DNA of 60,763 bases, taken from contig JAJAYW010000075.1 in NCBI GenBank assembly GCA_026786005.1, positions 1-60,763 on the forward strand. Direction: 5' to 3'. This document shows positions 53,090 through 60,763 of the stretch, piece by piece (the stretch's first letter is position 1; every line of letters begins with the position of its first letter). The position numbers and the translations under genes were made by a program. The notes below the pieces were generated by a model. It saw nothing but the letters and a program-made list of their open reading frames with translations. It was not told the DNA's origin and searched no databases. The DNA is from Lysobacter sp. Its GTDB lineage: Bacteria; Pseudomonadota; Gammaproteobacteria; Xanthomonadales; Xanthomonadaceae.

Positions 53090-55945
53090 ATGTCAACGAC
53101 GCCACTCTCGCTTTACCATCGAGTTCCTGGGCAAACCCGCGACTTCGCTAGACTGCACCGGCAGGTGCATCGATCGGTTTGCAACTGCGCTGCTTCTCAG
53201 GGGAAAGCCTTGTCCAACGCGCAACTGCTTCGGCCTCGATCGCATGGCATTTCCACGGCCGTCGTCCTTGGCGTTTTTGCGGGGTTTGGCGCGCTGGTAA
53301 CGCTGCTGGGATGGGCGCTGGAGATCCGCCGGCTGACCGACTGGTTCGGCCTAGGCATTTCCATGCTACCCATGGCCGGCTTGGCGGCGTTGCTGGCAGG
53401 AACCGCGCTGGTAGCGCTGGGGCTCGGTCACCGTCGCATGGCTACCGGATTCGCGGCCCCGGTGCTGCTGATTGGCGCCGCCGTGCTGTTCGAGCACGTC
53501 ACAGGCATCGATCTGCACATCGACCGCTTGGTGCTATACCGGGAATGGGGCCAGAACGCGACCTATGCGCCGGGCCGGATCGGTGTCCCGGCATCAGTGT
53601 CGTTCACCGTGCTCGGCGCAACCTTGCTGCTGGCCGCGCAGCGTCGAAATGGCGCACGCTCCACGGTGTTGGGAGGCGTACTGGTCAGTGCCATCGCCAT
53701 GCTTTCGATCGTTGGTTACCTGTTCCTCGCCGATACGCTGTATTCACTCCCGCGCCTGACCACGATCGCCCTGCAGACAGCGATCATCGTGCTCGCATTG
53801 GGGATGGGCATAATCGCCAGCGCCAGGAACGGCGTCCTCGTCTTCCTGCGCGAAGAAACGGCCGCGGCCACGCTGGTACGACGCACTCTCCCTTCCATCA
53901 TCCTGCTGCCAGTGCTGCTGGGCTGGCTGATGCTGCGCGCACAGAAGCTCGGATGGTTCGATCCCGCTTTCGGCACGTCGGTACTGGTGCTCGGCCTGAT
54001 CGGCCTGCTGACCATCGTGCTATGGAGAACGGCGGCGTCGGTCGCCTCGCACGAACGCTCGTTGCTCAACAGCCAGCAACGTCTCGAGGGCGTGCTGGCG
54101 ACTATTGGCGACGGTTTCCAGGTAGTGGATCGCGACTGGCGATATACCTATTTCAACCTGGCGTTTCGGCGCGATTTCGCGGAGCGTGGTGTGGATGCCG
54201 ATGCGATGCTTGGGAGGACGATTTCCGAGGTATTTCCCGGCTTCGAGGCAACACCTGCCGGGCACACGCTGCAACGCGTGATGTCCGAGCGCACGGAAAT
54301 GGCCTATGAAACGTGGTTCGAGCCGTGGCAGCGCTGGTTCGCTTTTCGCGCGGCACCCACGCCTGACGGCGGTCTCTCGATCCTGTCGCAGGACATCACC
54401 GAACGCCGGCAGGCAGCCGAACGCCTGCGCGCCTCCGAGGAGCGTCTGCAGCTGGCGATGTTGATCGCCGACGCGGCGACATGGGACGCAGATCTCGTCA
54501 ACAAGACCGTGCACTGGTCGGACAGCCATTTCACGATGCTCGGATATCCGCCCACGCCGGACCGGCAGGCCACGCACGCCATGTGGCAGGACATGGTGTT
54601 GCCCGAGGACATGCCGAACCTGCAGCGCGAGTGGACGCGTGCGGAAGTCGGACACGACATGTTCGTGTCGGAGCACCGCATGCGGCATGCCCTCACAGGC
54701 GACATCCTCTGGGTCAATGCTGCGGGGCGGTTCTTCTATGATGCAGATGGCGAATCGGTGCGCTTCGTCGGCGTCATGTTCGACATCACCGCGCGCAAGC
54801 ACAGCGAAGAGCAACTCAATCGCCTCACCACGGATCTGCGCGATGCCGACCGCAGCAAAAACGAGTTCCTGGCGAGCCTCGCGCACGAACTGCGCAATCC
54901 GCTGGCGCCGATGCGCACCGCGCTGGAAGTGATGAAGCGAGCCGACGGTCGCGAAGACCTGATGACCGAAAGCCGGGCCACCATGGAGCGCCAGCTGGGG
55001 CAGATGACGCGGCTTATCGACGATCTGCTCGACATCAACCGCATAACGCGCAGCAAACTCGAACTCAGGATGGAACAGGTGGATCTTGCGTCTGTCGTGA
55101 ATCACGCCGTGGAGGCGATCCGCCCGTTGGCCGATGGCGCGGACGTGCGACTCCACATTCGATTGCCGGACGATCCGATCCACCTACACGCCGATCCGGC
55201 GCGACTCGCCCAGATCTTCAGCAACCTGCTCAACAACGCGTGCAAGTACAACGATCGCGGCGGAAACGTGTGGCTGACCGCTGTCCGCCAGGGCGCCGAG
55301 GTGCTGGTGACGGTGCGGGACGACGGGAGCGGCATCGCACCCGCCATGCTGCCGCGTGTTTTCGACATGTTTTTCCAGGTCGGCAACACCCTCGAACGCT
55401 CGCATGGCGGGCTGGGGATCGGATTGGCGCTGGTGCATCGGCTGGTTGCCATGCATGGCGGTTCGGTCGCCGTGCAGAGCGAGGGTGAAGGCAAGGGCAG
55501 TGAATTCCTGCTGCGGCTTCCTGTGCTCGACGAGAGTGCCGTCTCGCCTCCGGACGCGCCGCAGGATCCGCGGGTAGCGGCCGGCCGTCGTCGCATCCTG
55601 GTGGTGGACGACAACGTCGACACCGCGCGTTCGCTGGCCATGTTGCTCGGCGTGATGGGAAATGAAACCGCCATCGGCCACGACGGCGATGCGGCCGTGA
55701 CGCTGGCTGGCGCCTTCAAACCCGACGTGATCTTTCTGGATATCGGGCTGCCGGGACGCAACGGCTATGAAGCATGCAGGGCCATTCGCCAGCTGCCCGG
55801 TGGCACCGACATCACGATCGTCGCGATCACCGGCTGGGGCCAGGAGCGTGATCGCCTGACCAGCAGCGAGGCCGGATTCGACACCCATCTGGTCAAGCCC
55901 GTGGACATTCCGGCGCTGGTTGCCGTGCTGGAATCGAACAAGTGA
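53090..55945 (+). CDS. Hybrid sensor histidine kinase / response regulator (polytopic N-terminal sensor, PAS repeats, HisKA, HATPase, REC)
   Basis: H-box FLASLAHELRNPLAP, N-box NLLNNACKYN, G-boxes DDGSGI / GGLGIGLALV, and REC ILVVDDNVD...FLDIGLPGRNG...LVKP. The start is uncertain: the first ~40 codons have poor GC3, and TTG 53210 (GGGA SD-like upstream) is an alternative. Confidence 0.86.
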   Translation: MSTTPLSLYHRVPGQTRDFARLHRQVHRSVCNCAASQGKALSNAQLLRPRSHGISTAVVLGVFAGFGALVTLLGWALEIRRLTDWFGLGISMLPMAGLAALLAGTALVALGLGHRRMATGFAAPVLLIGAAVLFEHVTGIDLHIDRLVLYREWGQNATYAPGRIGVPASVSFTVLGATLLLAAQRRNGARSTVLGGVLVSAIAMLSIVGYLFLADTLYSLPRLTTIALQTAIIVLALGMGIIASARNGVLVFLREETAAATLVRRTLPSIILLPVLLGWLMLRAQKLGWFDPAFGTSVLVLGLIGLLTIVLWRTAASVASHERSLLNSQQRLEGVLATIGDGFQVVDRDWRYTYFNLAFRRDFAERGVDADAMLGRTISEVFPGFEATPAGHTLQRVMSERTEMAYETWFEPWQRWFAFRAAPTPDGGLSILSQDITERRQAAERLRASEERLQLAMLIADAATWDADLVNKTVHWSDSHFTMLGYPPTPDRQATHAMWQDMVLPEDMPNLQREWTRAEVGHDMFVSEHRMRHALTGDILWVNAAGRFFYDADGESVRFVGVMFDITARKHSEEQLNRLTTDLRDADRSKNEFLASLAHELRNPLAPMRTALEVMKRADGREDLMTESRATMERQLGQMTRLIDDLLDINRITRSKLELRMEQVDLASVVNHAVEAIRPLADGADVRLHIRLPDDPIHLHADPARLAQIFSNLLNNACKYNDRGGNVWLTAVRQGAEVLVTVRDDGSGIAPAMLPRVFDMFFQVGNTLERSHGGLGIGLALVHRLVAMHGGSVAVQSEGEGKGSEFLLRLPVLDESAVSPPDAPQDPRVAAGRRRILVVDDNVDTARSLAMLLGVMGNETAIGHDGDAAVTLAGAFKPDVIFLDIGLPGRNGYEACRAIRQLPGGTDITIVAITGWGQERDRLTSSEAGFDTHLVKPVDIPALVAVLESNK

Positions 55946-55977
55946 ATTTCGTGATCATCCCGATTCGCCTTCATGAC

Positions 55978-56955
55978 TTACGCCAATCGATCGAGAACAT
56001 CAACCAACTCTGGCGCCAACGGCGCATTCAATAAATAGGGAACCTTGCCGCCATCCAGCGCGAACTCCAGCGACGCAGCGTGCAGGAACATCCGCTTCAA
56101 TCCGAGTTGTTCGCGCAAACGCTTGTTGACCGCAGCATCCCCGTATTTGTCGTCGCCAGCGACCGCATGGCCGATGTGCTGCGCGTGCACGCGGATCTGG
56201 TGCGTGCGGCCGGTTTCGATGCGGACTTCGCAATAGCTGTGCCCGCCTTTGCGTTCCAGCACGCGGAAATGGCTCAACGACGGTTTGCCGGCGCTGCTGT
56301 TCAGTTGTGACACGACCTGCACATGCCGCTCGCCGCCCTGCCTCAATCCAACGTGCAGGGGCGCATCCACCGACATTGTCCCGTCCGGCATCCGTCCGAC
56401 CAGCAGCGCCAGATAGCGCTTGGCGATGCCGCCTTCCTCGCGCATCAATGCCTGCAGTTCGGTCAGCGCCGAGCGCTTCTTGGCGATGACCAGCAACCCG
56501 GAGGTGTCCCGATCCAGCCGGTGCACCAGTTCCAGCGATTCCTTCGGCCGCAGGGCCCGCATGGTCTCGATCGCTCCGAAGCTGATCCCGCTGCCACCAT
56601 GACTGGCGACGCCGGACGGCTTGTTCAGCGCCAGCAAACGGACGTCCTCGAACACGATGGCCGCGTCCAGCGCGTCCATGAACCCCTGCGGAGGCGTGCC
56701 CTTGTCGCCCGGCTCATCGACCTGGATCGGGGGAATGCGGACCTGGTCGCCGCCTTCCAGCCGCCGCTCGGCCTTGACCCGCCCACCGTTGACCCGGACC
56801 TGCCCCGAGCGCAACAGCTTGTAGATCAGGCTGCGGGGCGCGCCTTTCAGGTAGCCCAGCAGGAAATTGTCGATCCGCTGGCCGTCGCGATCTTCATCGA
56901 TACACACGGTATGGGCGGAACCCGCAGCACGGGATGGGACGTCTGGGTCGGGCAT
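55978..56955 (-). CDS. rluC: 23S rRNA pseudouridine synthase RluC-like (S4 domain plus RluA-family catalytic domain)
   Basis: Catalytic motif HRLDRDTSGLLV. Divergent from rne, as in E. coli. ATG 56955 preferred over GTG 56961. Confidence 0.83.
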   Translation of the reverse strand: MPDPDVPSRAAGSAHTVCIDEDRDGQRIDNFLLGYLKGAPRSLIYKLLRSGQVRVNGGRVKAERRLEGGDQVRIPPIQVDEPGDKGTPPQGFMDALDAAIVFEDVRLLALNKPSGVASHGGSGISFGAIETMRALRPKESLELVHRLDRDTSGLLVIAKKRSALTELQALMREEGGIAKRYLALLVGRMPDGTMSVDAPLHVGLRQGGERHVQVVSQLNSSAGKPSLSHFRVLERKGGHSYCEVRIETGRTHQIRVHAQHIGHAVAGDDKYGDAAVNKRLREQLGLKRMFLHAASLEFALDGGKVPYLLNAPLAPELVDVLDRLA

Positions 56956-56961
56956 CTGCAC

Positions 56962-57361
56962 TCTTGGTCTGTTACACTCGCGAAGCGAGATAAGGGTTTG
57001 ATTTCGTTGGAAGTTACCCGGGCCGAAAGCCCGTCTTCCGCGATTCCCGGTTCAAGTGCGCGACCACTGCCCTCGGGGCAGATCATGTTAGCGCGGCTGA
57101 TCGGCAAATCCGGACATCGCCCGGTGCGTCAGACACTGGAGCTGAACATGTCCCGCGCGATCCGCACGGCATTTATTTGCCAAGCGCATCGCCGGCCTTA
57201 AGTAAAAAAACATGAACAAGCGCTCCCGCGGCATGCCGTGGTGTTGAAGCGCTGGAAAAGCAAGACGGCTAAGGCGCGCTTGTCGCGACGAAGTGTCTGG
57301 TGACATCCAGAGGCGAAACGTCCACGGCGTTCCGCGTGCAGAAGCGCGCGAGGAACGCACA
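56962..57361 (+). promoter_or_regulatory. rne promoter plus long 5' leader (candidate autoregulatory UTR)
   Basis: 400-nt non-coding gap ahead of rne containing several short GC hairpins (for example CTCGC-GAA-GCGAG near 56978 and GGGC-CGAAA-GCCC near 57021). E. coli rne is autoregulated through a structured leader of similar size. Confidence 0.4.
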
Positions 57362-60300
57362 ATGAAACGAATGTTGATCAATGCGACGCAGGCCGAAGAA
57401 CTGCGCGTTGCCATCGTCGATGGCCAATCCCTGTACGACATCGATATCGAACAGCCGGCCAAGGAACAGAAAAAGTCCAATATCTACAAGGGCCGTATCA
57501 CCCGGCTCGAACCCTCGCTGGAAGCGGCGTTCGTCGAATACGGCGCCGAGCGACACGGCTTTTTGCCGCTGAAGGAAATCTCCCGCGACTACTTCCAGGC
57601 GGGCGTCGACCACAACAAAGGGACCATCCGCGAACTTCTGCGCGAAGGCCAGGAAGTCGTGGTGCAGGTCGACAAGGAAGAGCGCGGCAACAAGGGCGCG
57701 GCCCTGACCACGTTCATCTCGCTGGCCGGTCGCTACATGGTGCTGATGCCCAATTCGCCCACGGCCGGCGGTGTGTCGCGCCGGATCGAAGGCGACGACC
57801 GCGCCGCGCTGAAAGAGGCGATGGACAGCCTGGCCATTCCCGAGGACATGGGCGTCATCATCCGCACAGCCGGTGTCGGCCGCGATGCCGAAGAGCTTCA
57901 GTGGGATCTGGATTACTTGTTGCAGGTCTGGAAGGCGATCGCCGAAGCCGCGCTGACCAAGCCCTCGCCGTTCCTGATCTACCAGGAATCGCGACTGATC
58001 ATCCGTGCGCTGCGCGATTACATGCGCGCCGACGTGGGCGAGATCCTGGTCGACACCGACGAGATGTACGAGGAGGCACGCGAGTTTGTGCAGCAGGTCA
58101 TGCCGCACAACCTGCGCAAGCTCAAGCACTATCAGGATCCGATCCCGCTGTTCAACCGCTTCCAGATCGAATCGCAGATCGAGAACGCCTACGAGCGCCA
58201 GGTGCGCCTGCCATCTGGTGGCTCGATCGTGGTCGACCAGACCGAGGCGCTGACCGCGGTCGACGTCAACTCCGCACGTGCCACCAAGGCCGGCGACATC
58301 GAGGAGACCGCGTTCCAGACCAATGTCGAGGCGGCCGAGGAAGTCGCGCGGCAGATGCGCCTGCGCGACCTCGGTGGCTTGGTGGTCATCGATTTCATCG
58401 ACATGGCCTCAAGCAAGCACCAGCGCGAAGTCGAGAACCGGCTGCAGAACGCGTTGAAGTTCGACCGTGCGCGCGTGCAGATCGGCCGTATCTCGCGGTT
58501 CGGCCTGCTCGAATTGTCGCGCCAGCGGTTGCGCCCCTCGCTGGGCGAGTCCAGCCAGCTGGTCTGCCCGCGTTGCGAGGGCCACGGCCGCATGCGCAGC
58601 GTAGAGTCGTTGTCGCTGTCGATCATCCGCGTCGCCGAAGAACACGCGATGAAGGAAAACACCGGGCAGGTGCTGGTACAGGTACCGGTCGAGATCGCCA
58701 ACTACCTGCTCAACGAAAAACGCCGGGCCTTGAGCGAGATCGAGCAGCGCCACGACGCGCCCATCGTGATCGTCGCCGACGAACAACTCGAGACACCGCA
58801 TTACGAAGTAACGCGCGTGCGCGAGAACGAGTTGGGCGAAGAAACCGCCAAGCCCAGCTACCAGCGCGGTACGCCGCGCAAGCTGCCGACGCATGCGCTG
58901 ACCAAGTCACACCTGAATATTCCCGACCTGCCCGCAGTGACCAATGTCAGGCCGGCACAGCCGGCGCCGTTGCGTGAGCCGCGCGAAGAGCGGGAAGCCG
59001 AGATACCGGGGGCGGTCGCGGCGGTGATGGTCGCAGCCAAACCCAAAGCTGGTTTCTTCGCCAAGATCATGTCGATCTTCGGCACCGACCCGTCTTCGGA
59101 AACAGTAGCGCCTGCGCCACCCGCTCGCCTACCGGAGCGCGGCCGCAACGATCGCAACGCGCAACGTCGCGACCAGCGTCCCGGTGGCAGGCAGCTGCGG
59201 GATGGTCGTCGTGACGAACAACGTCGCCCCCCGACGCAGTCTGCACCTCAAGGCCAGCAATCGACCCAGCAACCACAACCGGCAAGGCAGCCCAAACAGG
59301 CGCAGCCACAACCGCAGAACGCGCCCAAGCCACCGCGGCAGCAACCACCAAAGCGGCAAGATGGGACGGCGCGTCCGCCACGCGGGGAATCGGCGAACAG
59401 CGAGCAGGCTGTCGTTGCCGGTCAACCGCAAGTCGTTGCGCCTGCAGTCGACGTGGATATGTCGATGCCCAACCTTGTCGTCGGCACGCCAATCGATATT
59501 GCCCAGCAGATGATGCCTCCCGCCGAAACAGGATCGCCCGCCGTGATGGCAGCCGATGCTGTTGCCGGTACTGATGAAGCCACTGCAGAAGGTGCACGCC
59601 GTCGTCGTGGTCGTCGCGGCGGTCGTCGTCGTCGTCGTGGCGGGGCGGAAGGCGCGGCCGATGGCGAATCGATTGTGCAGGAAGAAGCGCACGACGGCGA
59701 CGTCGCCGTGGCGCAGCGTTCGCAGCCTGAATTCGATTTCGACGATGAAGCGATGCCGCCGTCCTCTGCGAAACCGGCAGTCGCGGCAGCCCCCGTTGCG
59801 TTGGTCAACGCGACCCCGGTAACGAATGTGGCAGTCGCCAGTCACGCGGCACCGTTGCAGATGGAAGCATCGACATCGGCAGGTCCAGCAATGCATTCCG
59901 TTGCTGAAGCGAATGCGGTCGCACCGATCGCCGCCAGGCATCAGGACGCGCTTGCAATGCCGGACGAGCCTGCGCCAGCCATGGATGCCGCGGTTGCGAC
60001 CCAACGCATTGTCGAGGATGTTCGTGACCAGGAAATTCCCGCCCCGGCTGCGCGCGAGCACGACATTGCTGACGAAAGCGTCGTTGAAGCACAAAACCAC
60101 GTGGTAGCCAACGAGGCTGAAGCGCCGCAACGGCCGACGGCAGACACGCCAAGGCCACGCAGCAGCGCACGTCCACCCGCGGCATCGCAAGGCGACCTCA
60201 TCCAGTCATTGCCGTTGTCTGCGGCGATTGCGGTTTCGCTTGCGGAATCGGCTTATCGCCCTGTGGTCAGGACCGAACCTGCGCAACCACCGCAGCGCGA

Positions 60301-60562
60301 GCCAAACCCGGGCATGCCGGCCCATGTGCCGACAGCCGCAACCGGCAACGTGGCGTTGGCTGAGATGGCCCCGGACGACCTCGGTTCATCCGATGCCGTG
60401 GATGCCCTGTCCAGTGTAGAAGCCGCGACGCGCACACCGGGCTTGTTCGATGAGGCCGCTGAACCGATGACCGAAACGCCGGCCGACGCTGCCGCGCAAA
60501 TCGTATCGACGCAGGATGACGCGGCAAACGACATGCATCCGGGCAACGAACAAAGCGCCTGA
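57362..60562 (+). CDS. rne: Ribonuclease E
   Basis: Starts [30 protein letters not shown]. The catalytic N-terminal half includes the CPRCEGHG zinc link. The C-terminal half is a long Arg-rich / acidic / Pro-rich scaffold. Confidence 0.95.
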   Translation: MKRMLINATQAEELRVAIVDGQSLYDIDIEQPAKEQKKSNIYKGRITRLEPSLEAAFVEYGAERHGFLPLKEISRDYFQAGVDHNKGTIRELLREGQEVVVQVDKEERGNKGAALTTFISLAGRYMVLMPNSPTAGGVSRRIEGDDRAALKEAMDSLAIPEDMGVIIRTAGVGRDAEELQWDLDYLLQVWKAIAEAALTKPSPFLIYQESRLIIRALRDYMRADVGEILVDTDEMYEEAREFVQQVMPHNLRKLKHYQDPIPLFNRFQIESQIENAYERQVRLPSGGSIVVDQTEALTAVDVNSARATKAGDIEETAFQTNVEAAEEVARQMRLRDLGGLVVIDFIDMASSKHQREVENRLQNALKFDRARVQIGRISRFGLLELSRQRLRPSLGESSQLVCPRCEGHGRMRSVESLSLSIIRVAEEHAMKENTGQVLVQVPVEIANYLLNEKRRALSEIEQRHDAPIVIVADEQLETPHYEVTRVRENELGEETAKPSYQRGTPRKLPTHALTKSHLNIPDLPAVTNVRPAQPAPLREPREEREAEIPGAVAAVMVAAKPKAGFFAKIMSIFGTDPSSETVAPAPPARLPERGRNDRNAQRRDQRPGGRQLRDGRRDEQRRPPTQSAPQGQQSTQQPQPARQPKQAQPQPQNAPKPPRQQPPKRQDGTARPPRGESANSEQAVVAGQPQVVAPAVDVDMSMPNLVVGTPIDIAQQMMPPAETGSPAVMAADAVAGTDEATAEGARRRRGRRGGRRRRRGGAEGAADGESIVQEEAHDGDVAVAQRSQPEFDFDDEAMPPSSAKPAVAAAPVALVNATPVTNVAVASHAAPLQMEASTSAGPAMHSVAEANAVAPIAARHQDALAMPDEPAPAMDAAVATQRIVEDVRDQEIPAPAAREHDIADESVVEAQNHVVANEAEAPQRPTADTPRPRSSARPPAASQGDLIQSLPLSAAIAVSLAESAYRPVVRTEPAQPPQREPNPGMPAHVPTAATGNVALAEMAPDDLGSSDAVDALSSVEAATRTPGLFDEAAEPMTETPADAAAQIVSTQDDAANDMHPGNEQSA

Positions 60563-60580
60563 GCACATGCTTTGTGTCCT

Positions 60581-60612
60581 GGCCCCTCCCCTCCGAATGG
60601 AGGGAAGGGGCC
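60581..60612 (+). terminator. Strong GC hairpin after rne (terminator or REP-like, no U-tract)
   Basis: GGCCCCTCCCCTCC-GAAT-GGAGGGAAGGGGCC, a 14-bp stem with one mismatch. Confidence 0.5.
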
Positions 60613-60667
60613 CACGATGACGTGATCTCAGTGTCCTTGCTGTCGTAAAAAGTTCGACTGCATCATT

Positions 60668-60695
60668 AAGCATCTGGCTCGAAGCATCTGGCTCG
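60668..60695. repeat. Perfect tandem duplication of a 14-mer
   Basis: AAGCATCTGGCTCG occurs twice in direct succession. Confidence 0.6.
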
Positions 60696-60697
60696 TG

Positions 60698-60763
60698 AAA
60701 CCCCCCCCAACCCGGGGCCCCCCCAGCGCCCCCCCCGGGATAAAAAGGGGCCCCGGGGGGGCG
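60698..60763. other. Homopolymer-rich low-complexity tail, probably a contig-end sequencing or assembly artefact
   Basis: AAACCCCCCCCAACCCGGGGCCCCCCCAGCGCCCCCCCCGGGATAAAAAGGGGCCCCGGGGGGGCG. Runs of 5-8 C or G like this occur nowhere else in the window. Confidence 0.5.

Noticed and set aside
52849-53151. A 100-aa plus-strand ORF in the phhB / kinase gap as a candidate novel small protein.
   Set aside because: It has many A/T-ending codons, unlike the confident genes here. It has no SD, overlaps the kinase start and shows no recognisable motif. I keep it only as part of the AT-rich-region finding.
53955-53965. GGTTCGATCCC, a tRNA T-arm-like sequence.
   Set aside because: It lies inside the histidine-kinase membrane domain in frame. 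I found no acceptor-stem or anticodon-arm complementarity in the flanking 80 nt.
59595-59645. A CGT/GGT-rich microsatellite-like tract inside rne.
   Set aside because: It encodes the Arg-rich segment [17 protein letters not shown], which is typical of RNase E RNA-binding regions. It is in frame and is not a non-coding tandem repeat.
54020-60190. Minus-strand ORFs of 387, 286 and 353 aa opposite the histidine kinase and rne.
   Set aside because: Antisense shadow ORFs with the same compositional signature. The sense-strand genes carry complete catalytic motifs.
60698-60763. The terminal C/G homopolymer tract as a G-quadruplex / i-motif or telomere-like element.
   Set aside because: It sits exactly at the window end, is unlike all other sequence here, and fits read-end degradation better than biology.

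Overview
GC-rich gammaproteobacterial chromosome segment. Gene order and repeat types look Xanthomonadales/Lysobacterales-like, but that is inference only. I call about 50 protein genes, and nearly all are recognisable core functions: alr; ppsR/ppsA; orn; guaB-guaA-tadA; folD; mobA-moeA-moeB; ndk-rlmN-pilW-rodZ and yfgM-bamB-der; a PsrA-like TetR with a beta-oxidation pair; galU; wbpM-/wbpL-like genes; lapB-lapA; cmk-rpsA-ihfB; aguA-aguB; a TraB-family protein; one MFP plus two RND permeases; two monohaem cytochromes c; nfuA; phhB; an orphan hybrid histidine kinase; and divergent rluC/rne. I saw no rRNA, tRNA, CRISPR array, transposase, integrase or phage gene. I do not see a convincing new multi-gene system, and the window reads as ordinary core genome. 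The leads worth a second look are modest. (1) The intergenic space holds many sequence-distinct REP/MITE-like palindromic repeats. Four of them supply the TAG stop codon of the upstream gene, and one REP-like fragment may sit in frame inside aguB. (2) A 41-codon L36 (YkgO-type) gene is missing from the ORF track and has its own promoter and terminator. (3) Two synteny breaks stand out: ispG-hisS are absent from the ndk...der block, and the ihfB...wbpM O-antigen anchor is nearly empty. (4) Several domain-architecture oddities: a rhodanese-first MoeB, a cytochrome c4 that looks split into two genes, an RND permease with a low-complexity insertion, and a proline-rich protein with TonB-like layout. 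The last ~65 nt of the window look like a sequencing or assembly artefact. All start codons were chosen by eye from homology-like N-termini and SD-like spacing, so they are provisional.
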